A stretch of DNA of 62,963 nucleotides, counting the filler, from Bigelowiella natans CCMP2755 (taxonomy: Eukaryota; Protista; Cercozoa), in the NCBI GenBank assembly GCA_000320545.1. It is 4 parts of 4 records of this genome, joined end to end, with 100 filler letters (N's around TTAATTAATTAA, not from the genome) between each part and the next. Parts side by side here need not be neighbours in the genome. Positions count along the whole stretch, not along the records: positions 29,341 to 46,272 come from ADNK01003249.1; positions 46,373 to 56,849 come from ADNK01000353.1; positions 56,950 to 62,963 come from ADNK01003339.1; 1 more part is not named here. One strand, 5' to 3'. Under the pieces are notes generated by a model, which worked only from the letters and a program-made list of their open reading frames with translations, was not told where the DNA came from and ran no database searches. The position numbers and the translations under genes are program-made. Shown here one piece after another: positions 45,818-59,309 of this stretch; the stretch's first letter is position 1; each line of letters begins with the position of its first letter.

Positions 45818-46272
45818 GTTGGGATAAAGAGAGATCCAGAAAACACATTAAGATGACGGACAGCATCCCATTGGCAGGTGTGGGCCTTTATCATGTGTGA
45901 GAGCATTCCCCACATTCCGTTGCTGATGGTTGTTTCACCTGCTCTTCCTAGAATTTGCGAGCATGATTGAGAAGAAGAACGTGGAGGATATCCAGAAATT
46001 GTTCGACAGCGGCGCACAATACAAGGTGTGGTGATTGGGGTGGTCATGGTGTACATATGATGATGATGATCGTATTCTTCGTACATTTCCTTAATAAAAC
46101 CACCATCGGCACACCACGCAGGGCTATACGGTGATGATGATATCTGCAATGCATACCAACGGGACTTGGGTGCTGTCGCACTTTGCAAGGGAAGATTCTT
46201 CTAAAATCGACCAGCGATCCACCCTGGCACTTCGTGACCTGGCAGAGACATTGAGCCTTGACGTGACGACGA
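45818..46272 (+). CDS. Fragment of an unidentified spliced gene, cut by the gap
   Basis: In-phase GT-AG exons WDKERSRKHIKMTDSIPLA|EFASMIEKKNVEDIQKLFDSGAQYK|GYTVMMISAMH...; weakly ankyrin-like. No start identified. Confidence 0.35.
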
Positions 46273-46372
46273 NNNNNNNNNNNNNNNNNNNNNNNNNNNN
46301 NNNNNNNNNNNNNNNNTTAATTAATTAANNNNNNNNNNNNNNNNNNNNNNNNNNNNNNNNNNNNNNNNNNNN
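46273..46372. other. Assembly gap with synthetic six-frame stop linker
   Basis: N-run + TTAATTAATTAA + N-run. Confidence 0.97.
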
Positions 46373-46387
46373 GCCACCCAGGCATTT

Positions 46388-46427
<40 letters not shown>

Positions 46428-46456
46428 TTATGTGCTATTTCTTCCTGCTCTCACAG

Positions 46457-46591
46457 GTAGCGATGAAGATGCCTCATTTTTCAAGCTCAAAAGCTCGCGT
46501 GGTGGCAGCAACGACGGCGGTGAGAGGAGGTCATCTGGCAAACAACAACATCAAAGTACAGGGCATAGTCACAGCCAGGTAGCGAATGACG

Positions 46592-46634
<43 letters not shown>

Positions 46635-46938
46635 CATATATTAGCTGCTACAAACCTCTTGCGCTTAATGTACACACTTCCTACAGATACTCTCGCAGCG
46701 ACGTTAGCCTGGGCCTCGCTATTCATCTGCCGAGGAATTTTCCCCTCTCCCCCCCCACGGTTGAATTCACGGAGCAGCTGAACATCGACAAAGCAAAGGT
46801 GCGATCTTCGATTGAAGAGAGTGCATCGATAGCTAGCGAGTATATGGGAGAGACTGGAGAGAGAACACCACACCTACAACACACACCTAGTCCTTACTGG
46901 TACAACATACACACAACAAGCCATACAGCAAACAATGG

Positions 46939-46969
<31 letters not shown>

Positions 46970-47301
46970 CACCTTGCCCGTGTGCGGCCGCTTGATAAAC
47001 AACCTCCCTTCTTCCCTCTGCTGCATAGGCGAGGAGATGGCAGTTGAACATCACACGCATTCTCGCATCCTCCGATGCGACAATACTAGACGCTGTGATA
47101 GATTGGAAGAAGAACCTCGACAAGCAGTTCCAAGGACTCGAGGAGTGCCCTGTGTGCTACTGCGTGGTCCATTCCGTGACGCGGGCGCTGCCGCAGAAGA
47201 GGTGCTCTCAGTGCGGAAATCGCTTCCACTCGGCCTGCCTCTACAAGTGGTTCGAAAGCTCTGGGAACTCCACGTGCCCCCTCTGCCGCCACCTGTTTTG
47301 A
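46457..47301 (+). CDS. LTN1: E3 ubiquitin ligase listerin, C-terminal RWD-like + RING region only
   Basis: IHLPRNFPL, RRWQL, WKKNLDKQFQGLEECPVCYCVVH...CSQCGNRFHSACLYKWFESSGNSTCPLCRHLF* is the LTN1 C-terminus. Confidence 0.9.
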
Positions 47302-48140
47302 TGATCGCGTGAGCTGTTGCTATTGATGATGGCTGCCGTCTGTGCCGAGCGGCTAGCGTCTGCCGTGGTGCTGGTCCATTGTTTCCCCTAACAGCCCTCG
47401 AGCTCAAAAGCGAGGGCACCTTTCGCGAAAACGCACGCGACGCTTTTGAGAGATTGTAAGTCAACCTTTAAATCTCTAGATCTACATGAACGACCATCTG
47501 CCGATTTGTGAAAGCATGCCAACAACGCAAACCACCAACAATGATATGGGACAGTCAAATGGCGTTTGTTCATGCAAATCGCGCTTGATTCTTGCTAGCT
47601 AGCTTGCGCATCGACAGCTAAGCAGATGCTTTTTGACATTCATCATGCTCATGCGCCATTCCTGCGCTGCGTGGAAGTCTAGACGTGCTACATGCTAGCC
47701 TAGCGGATTCTATCGGCACCACACGGTTCGCAGCATGCAGGCCCAACATGACAACTCAACAAACAATCTAGCAATGCACAAGCCTTGGCCACCCAGCGAA
47801 GTATAGATTTTATAAGTTTTCTTGCACGATAGCACGATGAAGGATGAAATATCATGATGCGGGCCTCAGGACGCAGCTGCATTCACTCTGTCTACATGTA
47901 GCTCTAGATAGAGCATCCATTTTGAAAACTTGGGCCATGTCTAGCTAGCTCGATCGATCATCAAAATTTGCACGAACAGGACAGTGATGACACAGAATGG
48001 TCTGGACATGTCAACAACACACAATCAATCCAACTGTCCATGCAAGAGTTAAAAAGTGCATCACCAGGTATCTCCGCATGCGTGCGCCATTCCGACTAGA
48101 ATGAGATCGAGCCCTTCACCTTGTGCGCTGTCTCCATATT

Positions 48141-49888
48141 TCATCCAGCAGTGCTTAACAAGCTAACAAACATCCTAGGATTTTCATGGAACCACAAAGA
48201 AATCCTCCACATGATCGCGCTCGAGATCAGCATGAGCAGCCATCCATTCAAATTCAACTCGAGGTGGAGCTCCGAGTACTTCGTGAGCAGGTAAACCGCG
48301 CCAAAAACCATACTCGTGTTCCTCAGCCCTTCCAAATCCAGCGCCTCCCCAAAGGCTAGCCCCAGCGCCAGCGTGCCAACCATAGCGAACTGGCGCGCCA
48401 GATACTCACTGAGGCAGGTCGCTCTGTAGTACAATGAGGAGATAATGAGTAGTGCAATGAATAGCACCTGTGTTCCAAACACACTGATGCCGACGCGAAA
48501 CGGTTCCACGTATCCGGAATAGCCCGGGAAGGAAGTGCGGACTCCTATCATTACGGTCAAGAGAGCGTATGCTGCAAGAACGCATCTTGGGATGAACTCC
48601 TTCTCCTCAAACCCCATGAACACGCATAAGGGCCCTGCATACACGGCGAACCCCATGAGATAGAAGAAGGCCACCACGGCAAGGAAACCGAAGAGGCTGC
48701 TTTCGTACACCAATGCCATGGAGAATGTCACACCCAGCAACCACCGCACGGCCCATCGAATCACAGCCGTATTGTCCTTCCTGTCAATAAGCTCTGCGGC
48801 ATTCAGTAGCGTCGAGTAGGCGAATGATGGGAGGGCTAGTGCCACGCCGGTTGCTGCGATGAACACGCCAGCTTCGGGGGAATAAAAACGCACTGAATCG
48901 AGGACGAGGCTGGAGCACAGCATCCAGGCGCAGAGCTCGAAGCCTCCCCATTCGTGAAGACGTCGAGCGATGGGTTCCATGATGTTGTTGAGGACCCAGC
49001 GAGCGACACGCATGAGGAATTCACGGAAGGGCTTCAGGATGTAGTAAATGGACGGGAAAATGGAGATGCTGATACCCAATATCGACCCTAGCCAAATCGC
49101 ATTCACCACCGTAAACAGCCCGCGGACTCTGCCGACGACACCCACATGAGCTTCCTCGGCTTGGAGCTGTTTCAAGACATCCCGCAGGCTGCCGAGAGAC
49201 ATCGACAACGCGCCGTCCTCTATTCCAAGAATGCTAGCCGCTTCTTGCAGAAGCTTCGGCGCGGCATTCGCGGGCGTGTTCTTCAGCTCGCCAAAAATGG
49301 ACCCAAGCTGGAAGGCTGCGCTCCTGGTTTCAGGGAGATTGGGAAGATGAGACTTGACAGATGGCATCACAGACTCGGTCTCACTGTACCCAAACCAGAC
49401 GAGCCTTGGAGCGTTCTCGAGAGCCGAGAGCGTTTCGACGCGGAAGAGAAATGTACACCAGCACAACGTGAGAAATACGATGGGGAACATCCACCAGCGA
49501 AGCACCATCAAGAAACGACGCAGCATTGGTTTCTTTTGGCGTCGCAAGTTTGCGCGAAGGTTGAGTGCTCTTATGGCTCTTGTGTTATCTGTGAGTCTTG
49601 AATCTGTCCCATTGACAGCATTGAGAGAGGCGAGGATCTTCGACGCGCTCGTCACCACTCGGCACACCAGAGCGCTTGATCCAGCGCGCTTAGAGTCGGC
49701 TAAAATGTCTGAAGGATCGGAGAGGTGTGTGGGGGATGAGAGGACAACTGATGCGTTTAAGGACTGGAGGTATGTATGAGCACCAAATATATGTATATAT
49801 GCATATCACACGCAAATACAGATTCTCTCTTAATCTATTTATCTCCTCCCCGCCCCCTTCCCTCTCTCTATCTATCTGTCTGTATGCA

Positions 49889-49922
<34 letters not shown>

Positions 49923-50429
49923 CCCATAGATCACATGCACACCGAAGACGAATGCTTGCTTTACCCATAGCAAACGGCGGGTCATTAGCATTGACCAAAT
50001 CCTTCAATCGTGCAACTAAGGTCTTCTTCGAGAGTTTACGAGCAGCGAGGGTAAAGATTAGAGATGTACTCTTAAACTGAGGATATATTTTCATCGGTAA
50101 TAACCAATTGGCGAGTGAGTGTGCTCCAGGGGGCAGTGCACTGTAGATCTCTCCGCAAATATCTGGAGCACAAGCAACATCAAATCACCAGTCAAACGGC
50201 AAGCACGTGGATAGAACCGAGAGCCAGTCTATCGAAAAAAACTTGTCACATTCTTCATTGATTTACCCATGCGAAAGTTGGTTTTGTCGCAGTCTCGCCG
50301 AAGCAACTCGATGTCCTCTGCTGTCGCGAAAAATTCAACTTGCAGCCCATGGTTTCTCCTCAAGACCCCGTGAGAGCAAACCACGGAATTTAGCTTGAGA
50401 AGAGCAGTAACCTTTCTTGTGCCCACCAT
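48141..50429 (-). CDS. Multi-pass membrane protein of unknown family, 3 exons with a ~1.57 kb last exon
   Basis: The 508-aa ORF has about 10-12 hydrophobic segments. It joins in phase to MVGTRK...NFRM|DICGEIY...PPFAM|DILADSK via two GT-AG introns. Confidence 0.75.
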
Positions 50430-50871
50430 TCCGTAGATTTATCTGGGGAACGAAGATGCGATTAAGTTAAGGAGCTGAAACACATGACGATAAATCCCTG
50501 CGACAATGGAAAATAACTGAGTTTAGGAAAATCGCCATGTTGTTAGGCGTCAAGTTCTCGGGAATTCCGGAAAACTTCCCTGAAAAAGGACAGAGTATTT
50601 CACACTACGACGACATTTCGACGTTGTCGTTCATGTAAAATCTGTAGGTTCTTTTCTCAGATTTTTCTCTTCGGAGCTGGGAAATGCGAGTGCAGGAAGC
50701 ATTCTCATTGGACGCCAGAGGGGGTATGGCGTCGTAGATAGAGGATTCAAAAATGTTCTGCGTTATTACCGTAATTCCACAGGAAGTCATGTCGCACGAA
50801 ACAAATTGGCATGCTTCGGCGTGGAGCGATATGATTGGCTCACTCAACTGTTGGCGGCGAGACTTACGTGA

Positions 50872-51690
<819 letters not shown>

Positions 51691-52141
51691 CAAAAATTTT
51701 AGTGCCTCTGCCTAGTTCATGCGCGTTTGTCTTGACATCGAACTACACCCTTAATGAAACTAAACGTCGAAAGACAATGCTACTCCTACCATGCATGATG
51801 TGCGCGTGATCATCAAATGACACCAAAGTGAAAACAGGGTGCATTCATCAGCACGCACCATGGTCGTCGCAGATGTATAGCACGGATGTGTCGCAGAGAT
51901 TGACGTGCTTCAGGCAAATGGCATCAACATGCAAGTTAGCTGTGATAGTTAGATGATACGTTCATTGTGCAGCGTGCATCATGTCTCATCCAGCCGAGAA
52001 TGACATTCTCGCACAAAATATATAATGTTGACATCAGTGACATGTGGACCGACAGCATGACATTCCTGCCTGCACATTGCCCATTTGATCTGAAACTGTT
52101 TTGTTCTCCGCGCACCATTTTCCACTTTACAACGCAAGATT

Positions 52142-54446
52142 TCAAACCTTCGTCGAGAATATCATCCGGAAGAGCACGTAGAGCAAAAGTCCGCTCTGTA
52201 CAAAGAAATAAGCACATGGGGGGGAGCCGTACATGATGAATCTATTTCTTTTATCTCCTTCCCTTGCTGCATTTCTGTCCTAGTTCTCTCCGTGCATGAG
52301 GAAACCAAGGTCGTTGTTTGGTGGAATTCAGTGTATGTGTGTCCAGTCACTATCACAGATTGAAGAGGAAATATGGAAATATTCCTGGATGTGCACGGAA
52401 ATCATCATGATTTACCGGTCCAGCCAGCATCGTGAGCAATAGGCAAGGAACGCACTAACAGTATATTCACCGTCGTCGGCAACTCAATGTGAAACGATGC
52501 AAACCTCTCAACGAAATGATCTGAGCTACCAGCAAATGAGGCACCCCCACGTTCTTGGCGTCGAGAACAATACCTAACATTCATCATGATCAATGTGTGT
52601 GTGTGCGTGCGTGCGTGCATGTATGCTCAGTTGAACATTCAAATGCCGCGCATAGCGTGAGTCGTGTCGTATTCTCTTTGCATATACCTAATCCAATCAA
52701 GCAGTCGAACGCGCAATAATGCAGCCATCCTGTGTGCAGAAATGATGAGGATGAGAATCTTCATCTCTAGATACAAAGTTGTAAGAAGCGGGTGGGGGTG
52801 CTTTATGGCCGAGATAGCCCCCCTCTGTAACGTATTATTCTCTTAAGAATCGGTTTTTTCCTTTTTATTTTGTCTTATTTACGATTATTGCAACCACAGA
52901 AAGCTCCATCAGCATTCGCGAAGCCTAAGATACATATTTTTATATAAATGTAAGTGTATATTCATATGAACGTTTATAAATGTTATGTACTATGGTTCAC
53001 TAATCAAATATTTGACAGACCTTTCATGACCCCTTCGAGGGATGATAAGTCCACTCCTATATACATGAATGTCGCGGTCAGACAGAACCCCATTGTGGAG
53101 AACAGCTCCGTAAGCATAGAATCTTGCCTGCTCTATGCCATAATCATTGGTGCAACAAGGACTCTTGCGATTGCGGTAAACAAATATATAAATTTATAGA
53201 TTATCTTGCCAACTCACCCCCAAAACTGAAAAAAGGTGACCTGAAATCGGGTGAGTCACCAAGTGCTTAAGGACCACCACGTATAGGACCTGAGAGGAAC
53301 GATAAAAGATAAAAACAATGTCTACTTCGGGACGTCCGGAAGCTCTGGGGACAGCTCCCCTTCATAAGGACATGTTTGTTCCTGGGATAGATACTAGGGA
53401 AATCATGTTTATTAAATGTTCCGAGCAGTACTCACCCCGAATACAAGAGACGGCACCAGGGTAAACAGAGGAGTGTACTTCCAGCCTGAAACCAGAAGAA
53501 GATGTTAGACCAGTGATCAAAAGGCCTAAAACTAGGGCAAAAAATGGACTGGCTTTGGTTTGAGCAACAAGCTAGATTGCACGAAAGATGTGCCCACGTG
53601 GTGCGAGGAGGAGGAAAAGCCATGCCACCAACGACAAGTTCTGAATGCAGAAAAAAAGTGCGACGAGGAAGTGAGCTATGGAACAGGTTCGAAGTTTGGC
53701 TTGCTAATAGCTGTGCTAATTCTCACTCACATAATTTTTATGACCTGTATTGGAAAGAGCTCCGAGGAGGTTTTCCCTAGGATCCGCAGGATTGGCCCGT
53801 CATCGATGATCTGAATTCGAAAGAAAGAACCTCATTAAGAAAGCTAAAGTCGCAAGATCGAAAAATGTTACTATTCACCGACCGGAGGAGTGGCCCGTGC
53901 CGCAAGGGACAACGGCGGAGCAAATAAGCCCTGCGAATATATTTTAGCGTTGGCTTACTGATACGTTTAGCGTCAGATTGAATATATCCTCTCAGCGTCA
54001 TGGGCAACAAACAAGTATAAATATAACCTGCAACGTTGCGACTCCTCCAAGTGCCAGCTTGCGCATCCCTCTATTCGCTCTCGGCTTCGCCGCAGGCTCA
54101 TTGCCATTACGATGATGCCCCCCGAATTCATGTGTCGCGAAATCAGTCGGAAGTCTGAAGCGAAAGTTCGGCCTCTGTCGGGCTCGGATATGCTTCACGC
54201 TCATTCCTAGGAGAGCCTTTGTGTTGGCGGTCCTAACTTCTGGTGGTCCTGGACATAAGCATATTCCCCCAACAACGAACAACACACAGAGCAGGAAATC
54301 CAAAATCCACGATGTGAGCTTTTGCCGAAATGAAAGATCGTATCGAGAAGAAAACCATATAAACCCGCTCTCATGAAATGATGAAATCCGCCCTGGGATG
54401 CAGCCGTAGCGAGCGCACAGCAGGCGGCGAAGAGCACAGGAAGCAT
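52142..54446 (-). CDS. ABA4: ABA4-like (DUF4281, neoxanthin-synthesis family) membrane protein with probable bipartite plastid leader, many small exons
   Basis: Spliced core SSELFPIQ|NLSLVAWLFLLLAPR|WKYTPLFTLVPSLVFG|VLYVVVLKHLVTHPIS|GVDLSSLEGVMK|GFANADGAFC|GWLHYCAFDCLIGL|GIVLDAKNVGVPHLL|CVPCLLLTMLAGP|SGLLLYVLFR matches the DUF4281 motifs LAPRW, SLxGV, GWxHYxAFD and GPxGLLLY. The leader exons are less certain. Confidence 0.85.
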
Positions 54447-55108
54447 CGTATTCACAGATGAAGGAGGCGGAGGTGAGAAGGATTAGTTCTTAGAAATGCT
54501 TCATTCTCAAAGATAATCATGGTGAAATATAGGCGATTTCTGTCGTACGTCTAGCGAAATACCTCATGCAATTTTACATGGAAGTTTATCCCAGCAGATG
54601 TCGCGGGAAATGATTCGCACCCTAATTTTTCCAGGCCTGCAGCACAAGGCTGGGCCTTCAAAAATCCGATTTTTGTACAAGATATGACATTTGATATCCG
54701 ACGTAATGATAATGCAAGGGACTTTCGTATCGGAGACAATCCAAACTTAATGTAATTGTGAAAAATTGGCAAGCAGAAAGTGCACTCACGATAGATGAGT
54801 TCTTTCCGGTAGTCTTACATGACAAATTGCCCCTGGTTTAGTGTCTGTGCGACAATCCACTACTTCGTTTTCTAGTGTCTTACTTTCAGCTCAGAGATGG
54901 CTTCGCCTCGTTTACGATTCCCGACTTCTGAAATCGCGACAAAGATATTCTGATCTTCACTGGCCAAAAAACAGTGTTTTTTTGCCTAAACTCAGTCCGA
55001 ATTGGCAGGAAGCTTTCTAGCTTTGTCTGAAAAATGGCATTTTCTTTCTGTGCGTTATGCACTCCGAACAAAGTGAAATAGAGTACCTCACACACCGTCG
55101 GCGCAAAT

Positions 55109-56245
55109 ATGGCGTCCAAGCTGGTCGAGTTCCTGCAACAAAACAACCTGCAAGAGGTTAGCGGACGTTTTCCTCGCCTTTAGCTGAGCTTCAAAAATTA
55201 GTAGTGTGCGGTAAACGTGACGCGAATCATAAATTGTGAGAAGGATGTCATCCAATCAATCACCTGCTTTCCTTAAATCGGAACAAGCATCGAACAAGCA
55301 CTAAGACTAACTACCCCCTTTTCTCGCCCCCACTATAAAACTAAATGCCCCATGCTGATCCTCCCCGCCCCCCTCCTTTCCCCCCTTCTCCCATGCATCA
55401 TCTGCCGCCCAGTATACAACAGCCTTCGAATCCAACCGCATCCAGTATGGCCAGCTCGCTGCACTTACTCGGTCCGATCTTCTGGAAATTGGTGTGAAGC
55501 CCCTCGGAGACAGAATGAGGATAATCAAGGCCATCAAGAAGACCTTTCCCCCCTTCGCACCTCGCTCAGACAATCCAGGGCATCCTTTCTCGGCCGGTGC
55601 AGCTTCCGCAGTAGAATCGCCTCGTTTCGAGTACCTGGCTCGCGGGTCAACTGTTGGTATTCGCCCCGTGTTCGGGATTTTACCGGAAGAGCCCGAGGAG
55701 AAGCAAGATAAGAAATTTGGGGCCGATAAGAACAGGTGGATGCGGCGGCCTTCGCTACGTGAACGCACGCCATGTGCATATAATATTTGCCAGCTTTGGA
55801 TATGTCGATGTATTTTACCCATTTTTTGGTGTGATATTCACATCAAGCACACCGTGATGCATAGATTTGACGATGGTTAAAAGCTGGCAACAATGAAACG
55901 GTTGTTAACCCCTTCCCTCCCTTCGACCAACAAAATGCGAAACAGGTCCGAGGTAAACGGGGGGCAGGACGAGGACGATTTGCTGCAATTCGTGGCGAAA
56001 CCGGCGCGGCGTGGTAGCACCGATTCGGCTACCACGGGTATTGTCTCGCCGCGCATTTCTTTATCATCTCCTAGGGCAGATCTTTGCGACTTGACCGTGC
56101 CAGCTCTCTCTCGGGATGCGTCGCTAATCTCAAGGGCCTTCGAGGATAGGAAAGGAGCGGGAGGAGGAGGAGAGCCTGCAGTAGCTGGTTCATGATAAAG
56201 CTGCATGTCATGTCATTTATGCATATGTATTAAACATGTATATTC

Positions 56246-56317
<72 letters not shown>

Positions 56318-56849
56318 ATAGAGTGCATATGCATATGCAAATATTTTCCATATATTTTCTTCATCCACGTAAAAACCGCCCCCCCACACACACACACCAC
56401 TATAACCACCACCATCTCTACTCGGTCTCTATAAAAAGCAAAATCAATAACCTCATACCATCATCATTGGTCAGGCGGCGAGCCGAAGCTTGGCGACTGG
56501 GTACGTGTGAAAGCAAGTGTTTCGGAGCCGCGACATCATTGGGGGAGGGCCAACCACAGCTACGTTGGCAGAATCACCGCTATCGACGGGGATTCGTGCT
56601 ACATCGTGTGGGAGCATCCAGAAAGCATTAAAAAGCCTTGGCACGGAGTGCTCTCCGAGATGGAGATATGCACGCCCCCACCCCCACCACCAGGATCCCG
56701 GGCCTTCACCGAGCTCGCGAGGCGGCTTGGGGGAGGGGGCAAGCAGGTGTTGGAGGAGGTGCTGAGCGAGGAGGAGATGAAGGAGGCGGTGTTGGTTGGC
56801 GCTTGTGCTTTGGCGCGATCGATGCAGAAGCTCGGGATGACTAGGAGCG
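55109..56849 (+). CDS. SAM-domain protein with a HERC2/KEG-type SH3-like module, 3' end lost in the gap
   Basis: MASKLVEFLQQNNLQE|YTTAFESNRIQYGQLAALTRSDLLEIGVKPLGDRMRIIKAI is a SAM domain. LGDWVRVKASVSEPRHHWG...VGRITAIDGD...WHGVLSEMEI resembles the HERC2/KEG repeat. Confidence 0.7.
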
Positions 56850-56949
56850 NNNNNNNNNNNNNNNNNNNNNNNNNNNNNNNNNNNNNNNNNNNNTTAATTA
56901 ATTAANNNNNNNNNNNNNNNNNNNNNNNNNNNNNNNNNNNNNNNNNNNN
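56850..56949. other. Assembly gap with synthetic six-frame stop linker
   Basis: N-run + TTAATTAATTAA + N-run. Confidence 0.97.
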
Positions 56950-57009
56950 GGGGGGGGGGGAGAGAGAGAAAGAAGGGGGTAATGGAAAAAGGATAAACTG
57001 ATAGTGCAC

Positions 57010-57544
57010 CTTTATAAATTCTGCAGGAACGTCTTCAAGAGGTTTCTTTTCAGGCTCCTTCTTCTTTTTGCTGTCCAGTTAAAAAGCATTATCACCAAAG
57101 GGGGAGAAATATTAACACTTGCAGATTATTGGGGCCATATAGATATCCGTAAGGGATGACATCAATCTGGCGTGCGCTGTCATTCTCGTAGTTCAGCAGT
57201 AGCAGCATTTTAATCATTGCCGCTGTGCAGCATCATGGGGTGCGACTTAATGTACGACATGGTACTTACGCGACAGTCTTCGCTATATCTGCCATCATTT
57301 TCGCTTCCTATAGGAACGTGGAACAGCAACATCAATTTAAGCGTAATCCGTCTATCAACACAACGCTCTATTATCACCTCACCCCTCTCTCTCTTTGTCT
57401 TTTGCACGCTATGATAATGACGGCGATGAATGTGACGGTGTTGATGATGATAACAATAGACCGACCGCTTCTTGTCGCTTTCGTTGTTGTTTCTGCTCGT
57501 AGGTGAGAAACCCTGATGTTGAAGATGGGTGATGATGATGAGGG

Positions 57545-57575
<31 letters not shown>

Positions 57576-57669
57576 AACGGTCGCAATGATGATGGCGTTG
57601 GTGGTGACGTTGACTGTGCCATATATAATGAACTATAAAGTGCGGGAAAGAGTGACGCACACACCCACA

Positions 57670-57704
<35 letters not shown>

Positions 57705-58065
57705 GAACCTCCTCCTCCTTTTCCATACTTCCTCTGCATACGATCGCTGACTTGTCTTTTGACGGTCTGCACGAATCGTTGGACCTATCGTGCGCACGTA
57801 CAGCTGTTACGAAATAGGGGCAAGCGCAAGGCTTACAAGAACACCGCCATTCACCTTCTTGGACTTCTTCTTATTCTTCAATCCAAAGGTTTTGTCATCT
57901 ATGATGCGATCTTTCGCCTAAGAAAATGAGCACAATCCTTCATGGAAGTATTCGGAGAACCAACGCCAAGCTTTTTCGCCACCGCTTCGTTTCCGTCGAG
58001 GAGAAAGTTCTTTTTCTTACCTTGTTGACAGACTTTGCGGATGCCTTCCCCTTTTTCTTCGCCAT
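57010..58065 (-). CDS. ZC3H15: TMA46/ZC3H15 (DFRP1) homolog, 5' part only
   Basis: MAKKKGKASAKSVNK|AKDRIIDDKTFGLKNKKKSKK|VQRFVQTV; the IxDKTFGLKNK motif is diagnostic. The zinc fingers would lie in the gap. Confidence 0.8.
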
Positions 58066-58611
58066 TGTGGTGGTAGGTATTCGCTTGGGATCTCCTTCTG
58101 CTGTTGTGTTGTTGTCTCAGATCAAACGTTTCTTTCCTCTCCGAGAGATAAATATTCGTGTTGCTCCTCCCCCCTCCTCCTGCTGGTTCCTTCACAGGAG
58201 CTGCCGGTCTTCAAATGTGAAATTGAGGAAAGGTTGGAGAATGGTCCGTGGAGGAGGCGGTGCGCACGGGTGTTGTTGTTGTTGCGGGACGATCCTTGTC
58301 TCCAGTTCCGAGAAGGATTAGAAAATATATATAACCGGAAACATCGTAAAAATAAATAGAAAATTATAAATGCTTAAAATATCGTAGAGAGATCGATGGG
58401 CCTGGACGACTCCTTGTTCCTTCCATTGTTGTTCCCGTTGTTCGAGCGAGTGTTTCCAGGCTATCGGAGTAGTATCCCAAGGAATCTTCCCGAAATGGAA
58501 TTTTCGCGGGAAAACGACATCAAAAGGCGATTTCTCTACTGCGACAACAATTTGCGCCAAAAACAGCTAGGGAACTTGAGATACTCCCATCGCATCAGAG
58601 AGAGAGCAGCG

Positions 58612-59247
58612 ATGGGGATCTTGTTCGGGAAGAAGCGCAAGAGGGGGGAGGATGATCAAGGGACGAAGAACGAACATAAGATAACGGTGAGAAAATATCA
58701 TCCTAGACACACTATCTGAGGCGATTTCTCACAATCATCGTCCTCCTCCCTCCCCCCCTCCTTATCCCCACGCCTTTCTGTTGCTGAACCAATCAAACTT
58801 ATAAAAAGAAAAACTGCTAATACAGGATAAGGACAAGGCGGTCCTGGACTTGAAGCGTCAAAAGATCAAGATGAAGAACTACAAAAGCCGGGTACGGTGT
58901 TGTGAGGCACGCGAGAAACCAAGGACGAATGTGCCATCCGTGGCCTCTATTATATCCCCACGTGTCCCGCTTAAACCACTGAGGCTTCTCAATGTTTCTA
59001 CAGATAAATGCAATGCTCAACAAGGAAGTGAAGATGGCTAAGCAACTGATCAAGCAAAAGAAGAAGAAGAAGTCATCGATAACACATCAACTAATGATGC
59101 GCGGCAGCGATGTATATATGTGTGCACATATGCACATATATATATATATATATGTGCATATATGTGCATATATGTGTATATATTTTCCCCAACATTACTC
59201 TATATATACGTATACACATATACACACATATGTGTGCATATATATAC

Positions 59248-59309
<62 letters not shown>

